Source: Chara braunii
Lineage: Eukaryota; Plantae; Charophyceae
Length of the DNA: 55,996 nt
Assembly (NCBI GenBank): GCA_003427395.1
Contig: BFEA01000031.1
Span: forward strand, 1,911,854-1,967,849
Direction of reading: 5' to 3'
Part shown: positions 25,488-37,984 of the stretch, one piece after another
Layout of the letters: every line of letters begins with the position of its first letter
Numbering within the stretch: position 1 is the stretch's first letter
Program-made: the position numbers and the translations under genes
Notes under the pieces: generated by a model
The model's database searches: none
Told to the model about the DNA's origin: nothing
What the model saw: the letters and a program-made list of their open reading frames with translations, nothing else

Positions 25488-25555
25488 GATACAGAGAAGA
25501 TGAGCATGGCCCCTGCACAAGGAAAGGATGAGACACATAAATAAGAAAAATGACC
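25488..25555 (+). pseudogene. U6: U6 snRNA 3' fragment
   Basis: GATACAGAGAAGATGAGCATGGCCCCTGCACAAGG..GGATGAGACACATAAAT; 5'-truncated. Confidence 0.85.
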
Positions 25556-25881
25556 TCTCCCTGCCCCCCCAAAAAAACGAGTCATCCATAAGTGGATATA
25601 AGCTCTGCAGATGTGAGCAGAGGTGTTCGGCAATTACCGCGCGGATCAAAGGCTGGGATGGAAATGCTATTCGCCGCGCATACTCATCATGAACAGCATA
25701 AGCCACACTGAAACCATTCTTTTCGCCTTTTTCTCTGCAGGTCATTCTTTTCTTTGCTTTCCTTCCGTCCTCTTTTCCAGGGGAAAAAAATGGTCTGACG
25801 GTCCTGGCTCTGTTCTATTCAGGGGAGTAGCAGTCTGGCTTCTTTTCCGCCTGCAAGCAAGTGTGGTTCTTTTTTTCACTA

Positions 25882-25986
25882 CCGTCTTCACCCGAATAGA
25901 ACGCCCGGTCATTATAGCTCTAGATGGAATGGAGATTGAACCAAATACGGCTATAATGACGGGGCGTCCTATTCGGGTGAAGACGA
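25882..25986. mobile_element. Tc1/mariner (pogo/Tc2-like) MITE, 105 bp
   Basis: TA|CCGTCTTCACCCGAATAGAACGCCCGGTCATTATAGC ... GCTATAATGACGGGGCGTCCTATTCGGGTGAAGACGA|TA. TIR is ~37 bp with a TA TSD. Confidence 0.8.
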
Positions 25987-26650
25987 TAGTGAGAAGTCCC
26001 TTTGATCTGCATGCAAAGTCTGAGGAAGGGCTCAGCGAGGTTATGCGGCAACATTGCCCGTCAAACAGGAATTCCAAGACCCAATGCCAGCGATTCAAAG
26101 AAGAAAGACATGAGAGAACTAGGGGAGAAGCCCGCAGCCCAATCACCATGATGGTATGGTACAAGTAGAGGGGTACAATTCAAGGGGAACCTCCAACAAA
26201 TCTGGTTGGTGGAAGACAAATTGCAAAAAGATCGAGGGACCGCTCTTGAAATAGAAAGACTGGCACAACTCTGAGAGACTACATGTCGCATACAGAGGTG
26301 GTACAGACCAGAACCAAGAACCGACCTCTCATCGATAGAGCAGGATGGCACAGCGGAAGACTGGAATACCAATGATCAGACCCACTCAATGTCGAAATGT
26401 AGACTGGACATACATCATCATCATCATTCAGTGTGAATGGCCTGGCGCCACACTCAAGGACAGAGGCGCCAGGCACAGCTCACACACAAATGAGGAGGAA
26501 GAGGCGAAGAAGAGGGAGGAGGAGATGAGAATGTCGTCAACCCGAATGTCGCTGATATTAATCCCATATAGTCCCCCACAACGTCTCTGTCCAATGTCGA
26601 GTCTGAGTCCCAATGTTGTCAATCTCTCTCTCTCTCTCTCCCAATGTTGT

Positions 26651-26687
<37 letters not shown>

Positions 26688-26849
26688 CCTAATCAAAAGA
26701 AGTCATAGAGTGCTGGAGGGGAAAGAAGCTCTCTCTCTCTCTCTCTCATAGCCTAATAAAAAGAAGTCAGAGTGCTGGAGGGGAAAGAAGCTCTCTCTCT
26801 CTCTCTCATAGCCTAATAAAAAGAAGTCATAGAGTGCTGGAGGGGAAAG

Positions 26850-26899
<50 letters not shown>

Positions 26900-26903
<4 letters not shown>

Positions 26904-27447
26904 CCAGGTACTGACCTGCAAAAGGTGGCGCCTTGATGCAGGTATGGACGTGCTGAAGACGAAGCTGGAGCGATGGCATCGCAGGTAAGTCTCAGGCAAG
27001 TCCCCTGGCGTCCGCCACAGTCTCTCTCCTCTCCCTGCGCTACTCGAAGTCCTATCAGCGCCCAGTGCTGGAAGACTACTACTACACCGATGTCATCGAA
27101 AGAGAGCCCCTATTCAATCCTCTACTGAATGCCTGGCCGAAGCTGGACCCAGCTATATATAGCACTGGGTCGGCCTCAGCTGCTGAGTCCTGGTGCCCAA
27201 ACTGAGGCTGAGCCTCAATCGGGCAGGTGCCTACTGACGGCGCGGCCTCTGTCTCAGGGTCTGGCGCTAAAATGCGTGCCAGGGCCTGCGTCCAAACGAG
27301 GCCTACAGGGCCTCTAACTGGTACCGGTCGGCCTAGCCTAACCTACAGGCCCTACCGGCCCTAATGCGGGCCAAAACGACACAGACCTAACTCTTCTGAC
27401 CCCTAGCCTACCTGGTCGGGCCCTGCTGGGTTCCATGCCACACTACA
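26900..27447. mobile_element. Possible solo LTR next to a (CT)n tract
   Basis: TGT...ACA ends, an internal TATATATA and GC-rich composition. No TSD seen. Confidence 0.3.
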
Positions 27448-28183
27448 TGTCAGTAGCATTGAACAACAGCGGAGGGGTTTGGACCAAGGCTTTCTCTTCT
27501 AAGATATTCCCCCCTCCCCCTCCTCCCCCCCCCATTCTGAGGTTGTTTTCAAGCCATTCTTAGAAGAGAAAGCCTTGGCAAGAAAGAGAGAGAGGAGTTT
27601 AACAACGAGCTTAATGAAATGGAGTTATCAATGCTGTTCATGGCTGCTTCTGCATCAATGAAAGGAAACGTGGGTGTGTGGCATATGTTGTATTGTTTAT
27701 GGCTTGCCAGACAATGCCAGTGGAAAAGGCGCCCGACTGATGCAGCCCAGAACGCACATGGAGCCAGGCCCATAAGGTCCCTCTCAAAGGGGGAAAAAAG
27801 AAAAAGTAACTCAGCCCAAACAACAGCATCATCATGCATGTGAAATAGTGGATCGGAGTACAGTGTCCCTGATAGAGTGGAACTGAGTGCAGTGGTGGAC
27901 AAGGAAAACTAGAAAGGGGAAACAAAAGTCACCATAAACTCCGCCCCAAGGTTGAACAACCGCATCAAACAGTGGAAGCGAAGTAATCTGTGCCAAAACA
28001 CAATGAATGTGAAACAGTGGAGCCACATTGTCCCTTTGAATGTGAGACACAAATGAAAAAGGGTCACCATAACTCCTCCCCAAGGTTGTGCTTTAACGAT
28101 GTGCTTACGCTGCCATAGTCAACCTCTAACTAAATTGTTCGCTGAGTTGTATCTCTCTCTGTCTCTCTCATAGTACAATGGGG

Positions 28184-28750
28184 CTGAGTAAAGTGGTGCA
28201 GCTGAGTACAGTGGTGGAACTAAGTCCAGTGGTGGAACCAAGTCCAGTGGTGGAACCGAGAACCGTGGTGGAACCGAGGACCGTGGTAGAATTCGGTACA
28301 GTGGAACCGAGTTCATAAGCAGTGGAACTGAGTGCAACGGAAATCGATATATTGAAACTTGGTAGACTGGAACTCAGTAGAGAGTACAGTGGTGGAACTG
28401 AGGACTGGGGTAGAATTCAGTACAGTGGAACCGAGCTCATAAGCAGTGGAACTCAGTACTGAGTACAGTGGAACTGACTGTGGTAGAATTCAGTACAGTG
28501 GAACCGAGTTCATAAGCAGTGGAACTCAGTANCTGAGGACTGTGGTAGAATTCAGTACAGTGGAACCGAGTTCATAAGCAGTGGAACTCAGTACTGAGTA
28601 CAGTGGAACTGAGGACTGTGGTAGAATAAAGTACAGTGGAACCGAGTTCATAAGCAGTGGAACTGAGTACAATGGAACTCAATATATTGAAACTTGGTAG
28701 ACTGGAACTCAGTACTGAGTACAGTGGCGGAACTGAGTACAGTGGAACTC
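28184..28750. repeat. Complex minisatellite built from CAGTGGAAC(T/C)GAG / GAGTACAGTGG motifs with higher-order units
   Basis: Many imperfect copies, including repeated GGTAGAATTCAGTACAGTGGAACCGAGTTCATAAGCAGTGGAACT. Confidence 0.9.
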
Positions 28751-29624
28751 GGTCGGTAACTCAAACTGTGCAAGTGTACAGCACTGATGGAAATAACAAA
28801 TACAACAAAGTGTCAAAAACATCAAAAGAAAAGGAAAAAGATGAGAATAACAAATTGCACAGCAACTTAAACAATGCTGTTGTTAAACTGAACTCACCAT
28901 CTCCCAACCTTCCATGATACGATATCGCCGTATAATCATCCTTCCGATATCTGAGGAAATTTGCTGCAGTTGCTGCAAAGAATATGTGTTCTAATGAACC
29001 TCCCTCGTATGCGCAGAAAGACAACCCGCCGACCACAGACACACAAAAACACCCTACGCCGCCTACGGACTGAAGCCTGGCAAGAATGAACCGTATTCTG
29101 CCCAGAGCGCTTCAGGTTGCTACTTGAGGAAGCAGAAACAGGCTCCGAAGAAACTTGTCATGATTCCTGTGAAGAGTTGCGAGTTTTCGTCGACCTTCCT
29201 CCTTCTCGAAGTACCCCCCGGCCTTGAGATATCATCGTCGAAGTGACCGTCCCTAGGCACTTCAAAAATTCATCTGCTTCCGGTGGTGTTCGAGCTCGGG
29301 TCCATATTTCAACACTTCAGGGGTGTACCAACTGAGTTTTCGTTGACCTTCCTCATTTGCAGAGCAAATCAATTTGCAGCTGAGTCGAGCTGACCACCGA
29401 CACACACAAACGCTGAGCCTGACGAGAACGATCCTTATTCTTCCCAGGGTGCATCTGGGAGACGAGCAAGGAAGCAGAGAAAGGCTCCCAAGAAACTCGG
29501 CACAAGTCCTGTAGAGTTGTCGACCTCCCTTTTTTTTTTTTTTTAATAAAGATAATAAGGCTCCTTCTATTCTGGGAAGCAGCAGTCCGGTTCCTTTTCC
29601 CATCGGCAAGTCAGACATAATACA

Positions 29625-29962
29625 AGAGGTACTCATGCACGCTCCTCCCCATTAAGTTGTTAACCTTCCTCTTTTGAACAGAACCCATCTGCCATTCGGT
29701 GCAAATGAGTAAGCTCAACAAAAAGAACTGGTTCTTTGCAGCAATAGCGGTGAGTTTTCCGGGAGCCTTTCCCTCCTTCCTTGTGCATCTGCCAGAGGTA
29801 CTCATGCACGCTCCTCCCCATTAAGTTGTTAACCTTCCTCTTTTGAACAGAACCCATCTGCCATTCGGTGCAAATGAGTAAGCTCAACAAAAAGAACTGG
29901 TTCTTTGCAGCAATAGCGGTGAGTTTTCCGGGAGCCTTTCCCTCCTTCCTTGTGCATCTGCC
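29625..29962. repeat. Perfect 169 bp tandem duplication
   Basis: 29625-29793 is identical to 29794-29962. Confidence 0.95.
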
Positions 29963-30296
29963 AAAGCAGTCTGTGAAGAATAAGGATCATTCCTGTGTGT
30001 CTCTGTGGTGGTCAGATTGATTTCTTGCGCGAATTGGGGAGGTGAAAAAAAAAACAAACACCAATACTTCACAGGAATTGCTGCAACCCTTACTGTTTCC
30101 AGAGTGCTTCGGGCAGATGTGCGCAAGGAAGCAGAGACATGCAGACAGGCTGGCAGCCAATGCCAGGCAACTTGTTGACAGAGCCGAGTTTCCGCATGAA
30201 CAGTGGACCCGCATGAACAGCGGGCAGTGTTCTGAGGCTTCGTTACAAAGAAGAAAGAGAGATGAATTGACTATGCATGCAATCGTGTCCCTTTCA

Positions 30297-33200
30297 TCAA
30301 GCGGATCCTTCCGAATTCAGCTGCTGCCCCTGACGCTTCTTCACAACTCCACGCCAACCAATAACAGGAGGGATGGGTTTTTCCACTCCCCAGCCGTTGT
30401 CACGGGGTCTGGATACAATGTGACTCAAGTCGATGATGTTTTGCGAGCCTGTCTTTTCTGCTTGCTGCTTTTTCCCGAGAACTCCACGTAAGTCGATGAT
30501 TTTCGGTGGTGTCTTGCCTTCTTCACAATTTTCTTTGCGACTCTTGTTTTGCTCTCTTGCACCAACATTCTGAGGACTCGCGTCTGTGTGATCTTGATTC
30601 TCTCTGTCAGGGTTACTGGCGATCTCCTTAGCTCTGAAAAAGGCGTTAGCATCTCCACTGTTGTCAGCATCTACATCAACCACACACACATCTCCACTTC
30701 TCATTGGGGCCAGGACCAAATCACCAGCGGCGGACACTTCACCACTGTTTATATGAAACCCTTGATCTTCCTGCCACTTACTCTTGCTTCCATTGAATGA
30801 ATTGTTGACAGGTTCATGGCCTCTGGAAAAACCCTTTCCCTCTCCGATGTTGTCCGCATCTCCATTTCCCAGTGCCGCGATGGCCAAACCATTGGCAGAG
30901 GACACTTTGCCCCATTTTTCATCGACCTCTTGCTCTTCCTGCTGCTGCATACTCTTGCTCCTGTCATATGGATTGTTAATTGCCCGACCTGCATTTTCAC
31001 ACATCGCACCGTCGCCACTCGCATTGCTCAGCTGCATACACGAACTCTCAGCTTCCTCAAACCCACCCTCTGCTCTCTCACTCCTCCCACTCTTGATCCC
31101 GGAGTTGCATGTGGCTACACCAAGCATCAGGGATGTGTTGAAGAGCTCGAATTCTACCCTGGACATTTTGCTCTCCTGCCGTCCATCTTCTTTGACTAAA
31201 TTACACAAATACACAGCGTTCCTGTTCGGCGAGGCATGTCCGTCATCAACCCTTACAGTGTCAGGACTTCTCCGCTGTTCGCTGCTCCTGCGCTTGCCAC
31301 CCTTGCTCTGAATGTAGCATTCAGTATCATCCGATACAACCATGCTCACTTTTTCTCTGCCATCCATTCCCTTCTGGCCGCCCACGGTCGTCTCCTCATC
31401 GTGACTGTCACAAACTACAATCGAGTCGCCCGCATTACCACATGAGACTGGTAGTTTCGCTTTCGCCAACGACTTCTCATCCCTCTTGCAAATCCCAGGA
31501 GTCTTCTGCTCTTCTATTGCCCCATACTTGCGACCTTGAATTTCGATAGAGTTTTTGGCAGTCGAATATGCAACTGGAAACTGCGCATTCCTCACTGTTC
31601 GCTCATCCGTCGTGCCAGTGCCAGGGCTCCTTTGGTGTTCCATCACTTCATGGTCACTGCTGCAGTCCTTCATTTCAATTTCAACCGATCTTGTCGAATG
31701 CTCATTCGCGTCCCTTGCACCAGGGTTAGAAATCATCTGTTGTTCTGCTCTCCCGATCTTGCTGCCGTCAATTTTGGTGCCACACCTGTTCGCATCACCT
31801 GAAATGCCAGGCAAATCACTGTTCGCCACCAACCTGTCCTCCGTACAAATACGGTTACTCACAATTGGCTGTTCTGCCTGCTCCTCGTGGCATCCCATGA
31901 TTTCTATCACTCTGTTCCCGTTATCGCACAAAACCGACTCTGCTAGGTTCACCACAATGGTGAGACGGTTCTCATCAGGCCCATCAGCTGTTTCGATCAT
32001 CATCCCTGAGCGGACTTCCTTTGTATCATCTGTTGTTTGCATCCCTTTCCCTCTTCCCACTGACTGCAGCTCATGTTCAATTTCCCTTTTACTCCCACCA
32101 GTTCTGGCGACATCCTTCCCCGGAAGACACCTTTGTAGTTCTTTTTCCTTGTGGTTGTCATCCTCAACTTCAATTGGGTGCTTGACAGGATCACACAGAA
32201 CCAGCGATTCGACACTTACGGCATGTTGATCATCCATCTTGCTGCTGCTCGGGTTCTTCTGCCGTTCTGCGTCTTTGTGTGGACAGTTTCCAGTCTCTTC
32301 AGAGCAGTGAGAAGCATTCTGTAATTCAGGCGATATGACGCTCATGACCAACCCGTCGTCCATATTATCAATACACGCCGGAGCCGCCCGTCCTGCCTCC
32401 TCATGTGCTCCTTGGTCTTTTCTAAACTTTGGCATGTGCACAATTGCAATGACTTCAAGCTCAGACTTCGCCCCGTCGACTCTCTGATCATGGCACGGAG
32501 ATGGACATCGAGGCTCCTGAATTTTGATCCCATCGTCTGGTGCGCACATCCCTTCCCCGCATCCCTTCTGCTGGCTGATACAGTCCACATCCTCCTGCCC
32601 TTTGTCTGGGGAGGAACTCTCCTTCCCTAAGGTCTGTGGCTTCCCCCTACCGTCATCAGCATCGTCATCCATCAAGTCAATAATATCCCACGGCAATCTC
32701 GGTGTTTGGTTATCATTCTCTAATGCAACCTTGCCAGAGCGTTCTGATAAAGCTGCTTTCTGGCATGGTGAGGACGCCTGTCCTATTCCACACTCCGTTT
32801 GACTACCATCACTTGCAAATAGGATAATGTAATCTTGCCCGTTCCTTACCTGACTTCCTCTCCTGTGATGGATAGGGGAAGACGAGTTACTTCGTCTGTC
32901 TTGACAACCAGAACCTCTGCGAGCCTTCCCTTGTCCCTCTGCTGCCAAACTACTGCATCCAGTGTCCTCTTCCGCTCTGCAAGGGCCCACAGCCACACAA
33001 TCAGAATCTCTGTCATTTTGTGATGCTGCACCCCTCCTGCTCTGCTGCGTAGGAGCATCTACAGTTGCCGGTTCCCCTGGTGGAACGTCGATGAGCTCTT
33101 GGTGGTCCTTGCATGAGCTCTTGTTTGCTGGCACTTCATTACAATCAAAATCCCCCTCCTTGATCGAAACAACATCAGGAGCATCACGCTCATGCTCTCG

Positions 33201-33461
33201 TTTCCTCTTGCCGCTATGTATAGCTGCTGACGGCTTATTGCCCAACTTTACAGCACAGTCAGTAGATGAAAGTGACACAGCAGACGTAGCCCGATTTGCC
33301 ACACGTGTTTCATTTTGTTTTGCAGCATCATGCTTCCTCCCATCAACGGCAACAAACATCGACTCCGTATCTGACGCACAGATACTCTTATCATGCTTGC
33401 GCCTCTGCGACCCCTCCTGATCTTCACCATGTTGTTCCTTAGCTTCCACAGCCACATTAGC
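30297..33461 (-). CDS. Terminal exon (1054 aa, disordered, SIM-rich) of the ULP1/OTS-like SUMO protease gene
   Basis: Long uninterrupted ORF with a phase-0 acceptor TTGCAG|GCT at 33461 and stop TGA at 30299-30297. Motifs are shared with exon 46562-44466. Linkage to the protease is inferred from strand, phase and paralogy. Confidence 0.7.
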   Translation of the reverse strand, partial: ANVAVEAKEQHGEDQEGSQRRKHDKSICASDTESMFVAVDGRKHDAAKQNETRVANRATSAVSLSSTDCAVKLGNKPSAAIHSGKRKREHERDAPDVVSIKEGDFDCNEVPANKSSCKDHQELIDVPPGEPATVDAPTQQSRRGAASQNDRDSDCVAVGPCRAEEDTGCSSLAAEGQGKARRGSGCQDRRSNSSSPIHHRRGSQVRNGQDYIILFASDGSQTECGIGQASSPCQKAALSERSGKVALENDNQTPRLPWDIIDLMDDDADDGRGKPQTLGKESSSPDKGQEDVDCISQQKGCGEGMCAPDDGIKIQEPRCPSPCHDQRVDGAKSELEVIAIVHMPKFRKDQGAHEEAGRAAPACIDNMDDGLVMSVISPELQNASHCSEETGNCPHKDAERQKNPSSSKMDDQHAVSVESLVLCDPVKHPIEVEDDNHKEKELQRCLPGKDVARTGGSKREIEHELQSVGRGKGMQTTDDTKEVRSGMMIETADGPDENRLTIVVNLAESVLCDNGNRVIEIMGCHEEQAEQPIVSNRICTEDRLVANSDLPGISGDANRCGTKIDGSKIGRAEQQMISNPGARDANEHSTRSVEIEMKDCSSDHEVMEHQRSPGTGTTDERTVRNAQFPVAYSTAKNSIEIQGRKYGAIEEQKTPGICKRDEKSLAKAKLPVSCGNAGDSIVVCDSHDEETTVGGQKGMDGREKVSMVVSDDTECYIQSKGGKRRSSEQRRSPDTVRVDDGHASPNRNAVYLCNLVKEDGRQESKMSRVEFELFNTSLMLGVATCNSGIKSGRSERAEGGFEEAESSCMQLSNASGDGAMCENAGRAINNPYDRSKSMQQQEEQEVDEKWGKVSSANGLAIAALGNGDADNIGEGKGFSRGHEPVNNSFNGSKSKWQEDQGFHINSGEVSAAGDLVLAPMRSGDVCVVDVDADNSGDANAFFRAKEIASNPDRENQDHTDASPQNVGAREQNKSRKENCEEGKTPPKIIDLRGVLGKKQQAEKTGSQNIIDLSHIVSRPRDNGWGVEKPIPPVIGWRGVVKKRQGQQLNSEGSA

Positions 33462-33596
33462 CTGCAACATCCACACGTCAATATCACAGGAAAGGGCCGA
33501 CAAGGAGATCTCAGAAAGTACAAGGGTACCTGTTGCGGCTTTGCTCACAAAAAAATGGAGAGAGAAAAAAATGAGAAGAGGTGTGGGGGGGGGGTC

Positions 33597-34472
33597 ATTA
33601 AGAAAAGCACCTTAAGAAAGGTCAGAGTGGTGGAGAATGATGATTTTACGATATTTGAGCCACTGATATCCATTCGGGATTTGGAAATCGATCCAGCAGA
33701 GTGGGCATGGAACATCAAGGGAAGCTTGTCAAGAGTAAGTAGGAAAATTAATATACTTCAGTACACCATTAAATTGGGCTACCGTCTAAGGGGGAGATCA
33801 TGTAATTTAGATCACATGTTGGCGATAAGATGGGAGAAAAGAGTGGATATACCAAGGGAACAGGTAGAAAGTTTACCATGGTCATCTTTGCACAGTATCA
33901 GAGAGGTACCAAGGTCAGGAGCATACAGTGGCTCATCTTTCATGTAGCACTCCCGGTCAATATCTGGTTGTTCGATAGGCGAAACAGGCTCAATAGGAAC
34001 GATGCAGATCTAGACTGTGTTATGTGTAGAGGAGGCGTTCCGGAACCATTGCTTGCTCCATTGCCCGGAAGCAGAACATCTCTGGTCCTTAGCTCATTCA
34101 CTATGGACAGACACTACGGAGGTCCCCATCCCGCAAAACACGAAACTAATATTGACAGGAAGTGAGGAGCCTAAGGGGTGGAGGTCAGGTCACAAATTTA
34201 TCTTTCAGCTGCTGAGACAGTACACTTTATGGACAATCTGGAAACGAAGATGTCAGCAAGTGGTGTGCAAGACTCCGATGACTAGAATGGAAGCTAAGGC
34301 ATACCTTAACCAAATCCCAGAAAAGGGTACTAGCCCAGGGCAAAATCGCGACTATGGAAGGACAGAGACTTATCTTCCATTGGTTCAAAGACGAGCGCCA
34401 GGAAGAGACTATAGATGATCAACCTGTGACACAGGAACTGAGGCTGCCATATAGAAAAGAAAAAAAAAAAAN

Positions 34473-34507
<35 letters not shown>
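33597..34507 (+). mobile_element. 5'-truncated L1-type LINE 3' end (zf-RVT) with poly(A), antisense in an intron
   Basis: Frameshifted translation W..FH.ALPVN..L...CVMC...HCLLHCPEAEHLW...LWTIWKRRC, followed by an A-tract at ~34455-34507. Confidence 0.85.
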
Positions 34508-34508
<1 letters not shown>

Positions 34509-34798
34509 AAGGGGGCAAATGCAAAGACGGGAGGCCAAGCAAGTTCTGCATAATATGTTGGAGATGGATTTTACAGCACAATGGCAAAGAGTAAGAAGAT
34601 AATCCCAACAAAACCCGGAGAAAGACCGGGAGACGTTCAAAACGTTTCAGAGGGTTACGTTGGTTAAAGGTAAGATAGTAACAATCGAAGGATCCAGAGT
34701 AGTCTTTCACTGGTTTGGGAATACGGAGCAACGTGAGCAAGAATAGTGCGTCAGATTCCCTGAGGTAGTACACCAAGATTATGCCAGCATTGAAACTG

Positions 34799-34827
34799 AG
34801 GGTTTAGGGTTCAGGGTTTAAGGTTTA
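34799..34827 (+). repeat. Short degenerate interstitial TTTAGGG-like tract
   Basis: GGGTTTAGGGTTCAGGGTTTAAGGTTTA. Confidence 0.5.
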
Positions 34828-36572
34828 CACAGGAGCAATGAAAATAGGGCTTGGGGTGTTGGGCATTTCGAGAGGGGTTCACAATTATCATATGAACCGA
34901 TACCTACAAGTCCTAGAGTTTCTGCAGGCCCAGGAATGTGAACAGGTCCCACACAGTTCCCACACAGGGTTCCTTCTCACTCACCATCATATGATTGTAC
35001 CCCCCCTTGTTCCCACACCAAAAGATGTCTGGCGCCCTCACAATATGGAGAGTCTGGCATGCTCAAAGAATGAAAGATCAAAGAGGTGGGACGGAGAAAG
35101 AGTGATGACAAGAGAAGATGGGACAATAAAAAATATGTCAAACGAAAGAGAAATTTGGCTAGAACTTCACTAAGGAGGGAAAGGAAGAGGACAAAGGGGT
35201 GAAGATGAAAGGTGACAAAAAACAAACACAACCGAAAAAAAAACGAAAAAGTACAAAGCAAGTTGAAGGCAATCTGGCAAAAGCGAAGCAATAAGGAGCA
35301 ATTAGAAAGGAGCAAAGACAAGAATGGACGTAGGGCAAAAAGGAAGACAGACGAATAGAGACAGGAAGAGGAAATAAACGGAATGGGAGTAGACGAAAGA
35401 GGACAAAGAGGAGAAAAGCCCGCGAGACAAGACATTTATACAAATGAGGGCCCATCATTCTCAACCTGAACTTGCTGGATCGAGGTCGGAGCACAGAGTT
35501 GGGCACAAAGAGGAGTTGGGAGTGCTATAAAGGGGATTATCAGCCTGCAGTATCGCTGGCATGCTCTCGGTCATTCTTCTTGGTCTGGTGTCAAGAAAGG
35601 AGAAAGACAGAAATGGGCACAAGGGGGAATGCTTGGTTGTCATTGGCAGGTCTCTGCATCATCAACAAAAAGGACATGAGACTGATCATCGTAGGTTTCA
35701 GCCTCCCTGGCCAAGAAGAGGAATGAACATGGAGTGAAAGAAGTTAAATGGAGGCGAGGTATTGAAATTGACCTGGGAGACGTAGCAGCAGGAGGTCTGG
35801 TCTTAGGACATGAGACTACTGACATAGTTTTCGCTTGGCAGAGCCAAGAAAGGCAATGGGTGATATAGCAAAAGATGTTGTGAGGTCCAGATATTGGCCT
35901 GTGTCGTCCAAAACCTAAATAAGAAATGAAAGGCGTAGATGAGATAAATTTGCCAGCTTGAAAGGCGATACGGTGTGAGTGATGACAGCGGAAAGGGTGG
36001 TGCTTCATAGAAGTGGTTGGTGGCGGCGAGGAATCATCAAGGGAGTAGTATAGGGGTCAGTATGTGCAGGTGGAGGAGGAAGAGGAGGAGGAGGAGGAGG
36101 TGGCGGCGGCGGCTATGGGGTTGGTAGGCTGATACTATGGCAAGCCAACGGCGTTTTGTGTAACGAGGTTCAGTGGAACTCTGAATGGAAATAATTTTTC
36201 TGATGCAATAAGTTGCAACTTGTGAGGCATACCAACCCCATCAGCTCAAACCAGAGACAGTGCCAGTTAATCTAGCTGGCATTCATGCATCCGGCGAATC
36301 TGGGACTCTAGAAAATACATCGCTGACTACGGAAGCTCATTGCTTTGTGGACTTTCTCACAAATTATTGAAATCCTTTATGCCTGTCCAGTGTCCACCAT
36401 GCTGGCTGCCTACCATTTTGCAGTGGTATGCCTACTGTTAAGTGTTCTATGCAGTGCACTCAGAAAGAAATCCTCATGTTGATTTTTTTTAACGAATGAA
36501 TCATGGCTGTGCCAGCAACCAGCCAGTTGGACCGGGCTGGTGGTCCAACCGGAATTCTGGTTGGGCCCAAAA

Positions 36573-37240
36573 NNNNNNNNNNNNNNNNNNNNNNNNNNNN
36601 NNNNNNNNNNNNNNNNNNNNNNNNNNNNNNNNNNNNNNNNNNNNNNNNNNNNNNNNNNNNNNNNNNNNNNNNNNNNNNNNNNNNNNNNNNNNNNNNNNNN
36701 NNNNNNNNNNNNNNNNNNNNNNNNNNNNNNNNNNNNNNNNNNNNNNNNNNNNNNNNNNNNNNNNNNNNNNNNNNNNNNNNNNNNNNNNNNNNNNNNNNNN
36801 NNNNNNNNNNNNNNNNNNNNNNNNNNNNNNNNNNNNNNNNNNNNNNNNNNNNNNNNNNNNNNNNNNNNNNNNNNNNNNNNNNNNNNNNNNNNNNNNNNNN
36901 NNNNNNNNNNNNNNNNNNNNNNNNNNNNNNNNNNNNNNNNNNNNNNNNNNNNNNNNNNNNNNNNNNNNNNNNNNNNNNNNNNNNNNNNNNNNNNNNNNNN
37001 NNNNNNNNNNNNNNNNNNNNNNNNNNNNNNNNNNNNNNNNNNNNNNNNNNNNNNNNNNNNNNNNNNNNNNNNNNNNNNNNNNNNNNNNNNNNNNNNNNNN
37101 NNNNNNNNNNNNNNNNNNNNNNNNNNNNNNNNNNNNNNNNNNNNNNNNNNNNNNNNNNNNNNNNNNNNNNNNNNNNNNNNNNNNNNNNNNNNNNNNNNNN
37201 NNNNNNNNNNNNNNNNNNNNNNNNNNNNNNNNNNNNNNNN
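36573..37240. other. Assembly gap (N)
   Basis: Run of N. Confidence 1.
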
Positions 37241-37984
37241 GTGGAGGGGTTTCAGCAAGCACGGGCTTCAGCAGACATTGACAACAACATACCTGGCTTT
37301 CTGCAAACGTTAACCTTCCGCTCAAAAACTTTGAAAAAGGGGGCTAGGGATGTTAGTGGCGGGGTAGGGACGGTACTTCCCCACTCAAAAACTTTGAAAA
37401 GGGTGGTGGGGGTGATAGTGTTAGGGTGTGCTTGTCACTGCTGTCTGGTCCAAGTTGCCCTCGATGCTGGTAGGGTGATGGTCCTGACTGCTGGGCACAC
37501 TGATGTAGGATAGTAGGGATAAGGGGTGCGCTGGGAGCATTAACGTGGGGAAGGGTAGGGAAGGTGGACTATCCTGTCAGCACAACCACCGGGGGTCTCG
37601 CCTTCCACGAGCCGCCTTCTTGGGCTACACGAGGCCTGAAGCCTCACATTTCCCATGCCCTTAGGTGTGAAAGTTCTCTGAGACCCTTCATTCTTGCCTT
37701 TGCTTCCCTTTTGGAGCCCTTTCCTACCGCAGAACCACTTGAGGTGCAGACTTAATTCGTTCTTCTCTTGTGAAGCACTGATCTTTACACATCTGCACTT
37801 GGATCCACTTGCTACTGCATCTGTGGTTCGGCGGGCCATTTGAGATTGCATCTGTGGCTTCGGTGGTCTTCCCTTGCCAAGTGGCTTCCGCACAGGCAGT
37901 AACCTACGGTTGATGTTGACCTGTCGATCCATCCATAGTTGGGGGAAGCATTGATCCCCGAGAAGGAAACCAATCGCGGGAAAG

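Noticed and set aside
25877-25991. CACTA element (CACTA...TAGTG ends)
   Set aside because: No 3 bp TSD. Better explained as a TA-duplicating MITE in a palindromic target.
30784-33420. Plus-strand ORFs of 127-224 aa (also 44889-46658)
   Set aside because: Antisense shadows of the large minus-strand exons.
36410-37513. Long ORFs of 257-336 aa
   Set aside because: Artefacts of translating through the N gap.
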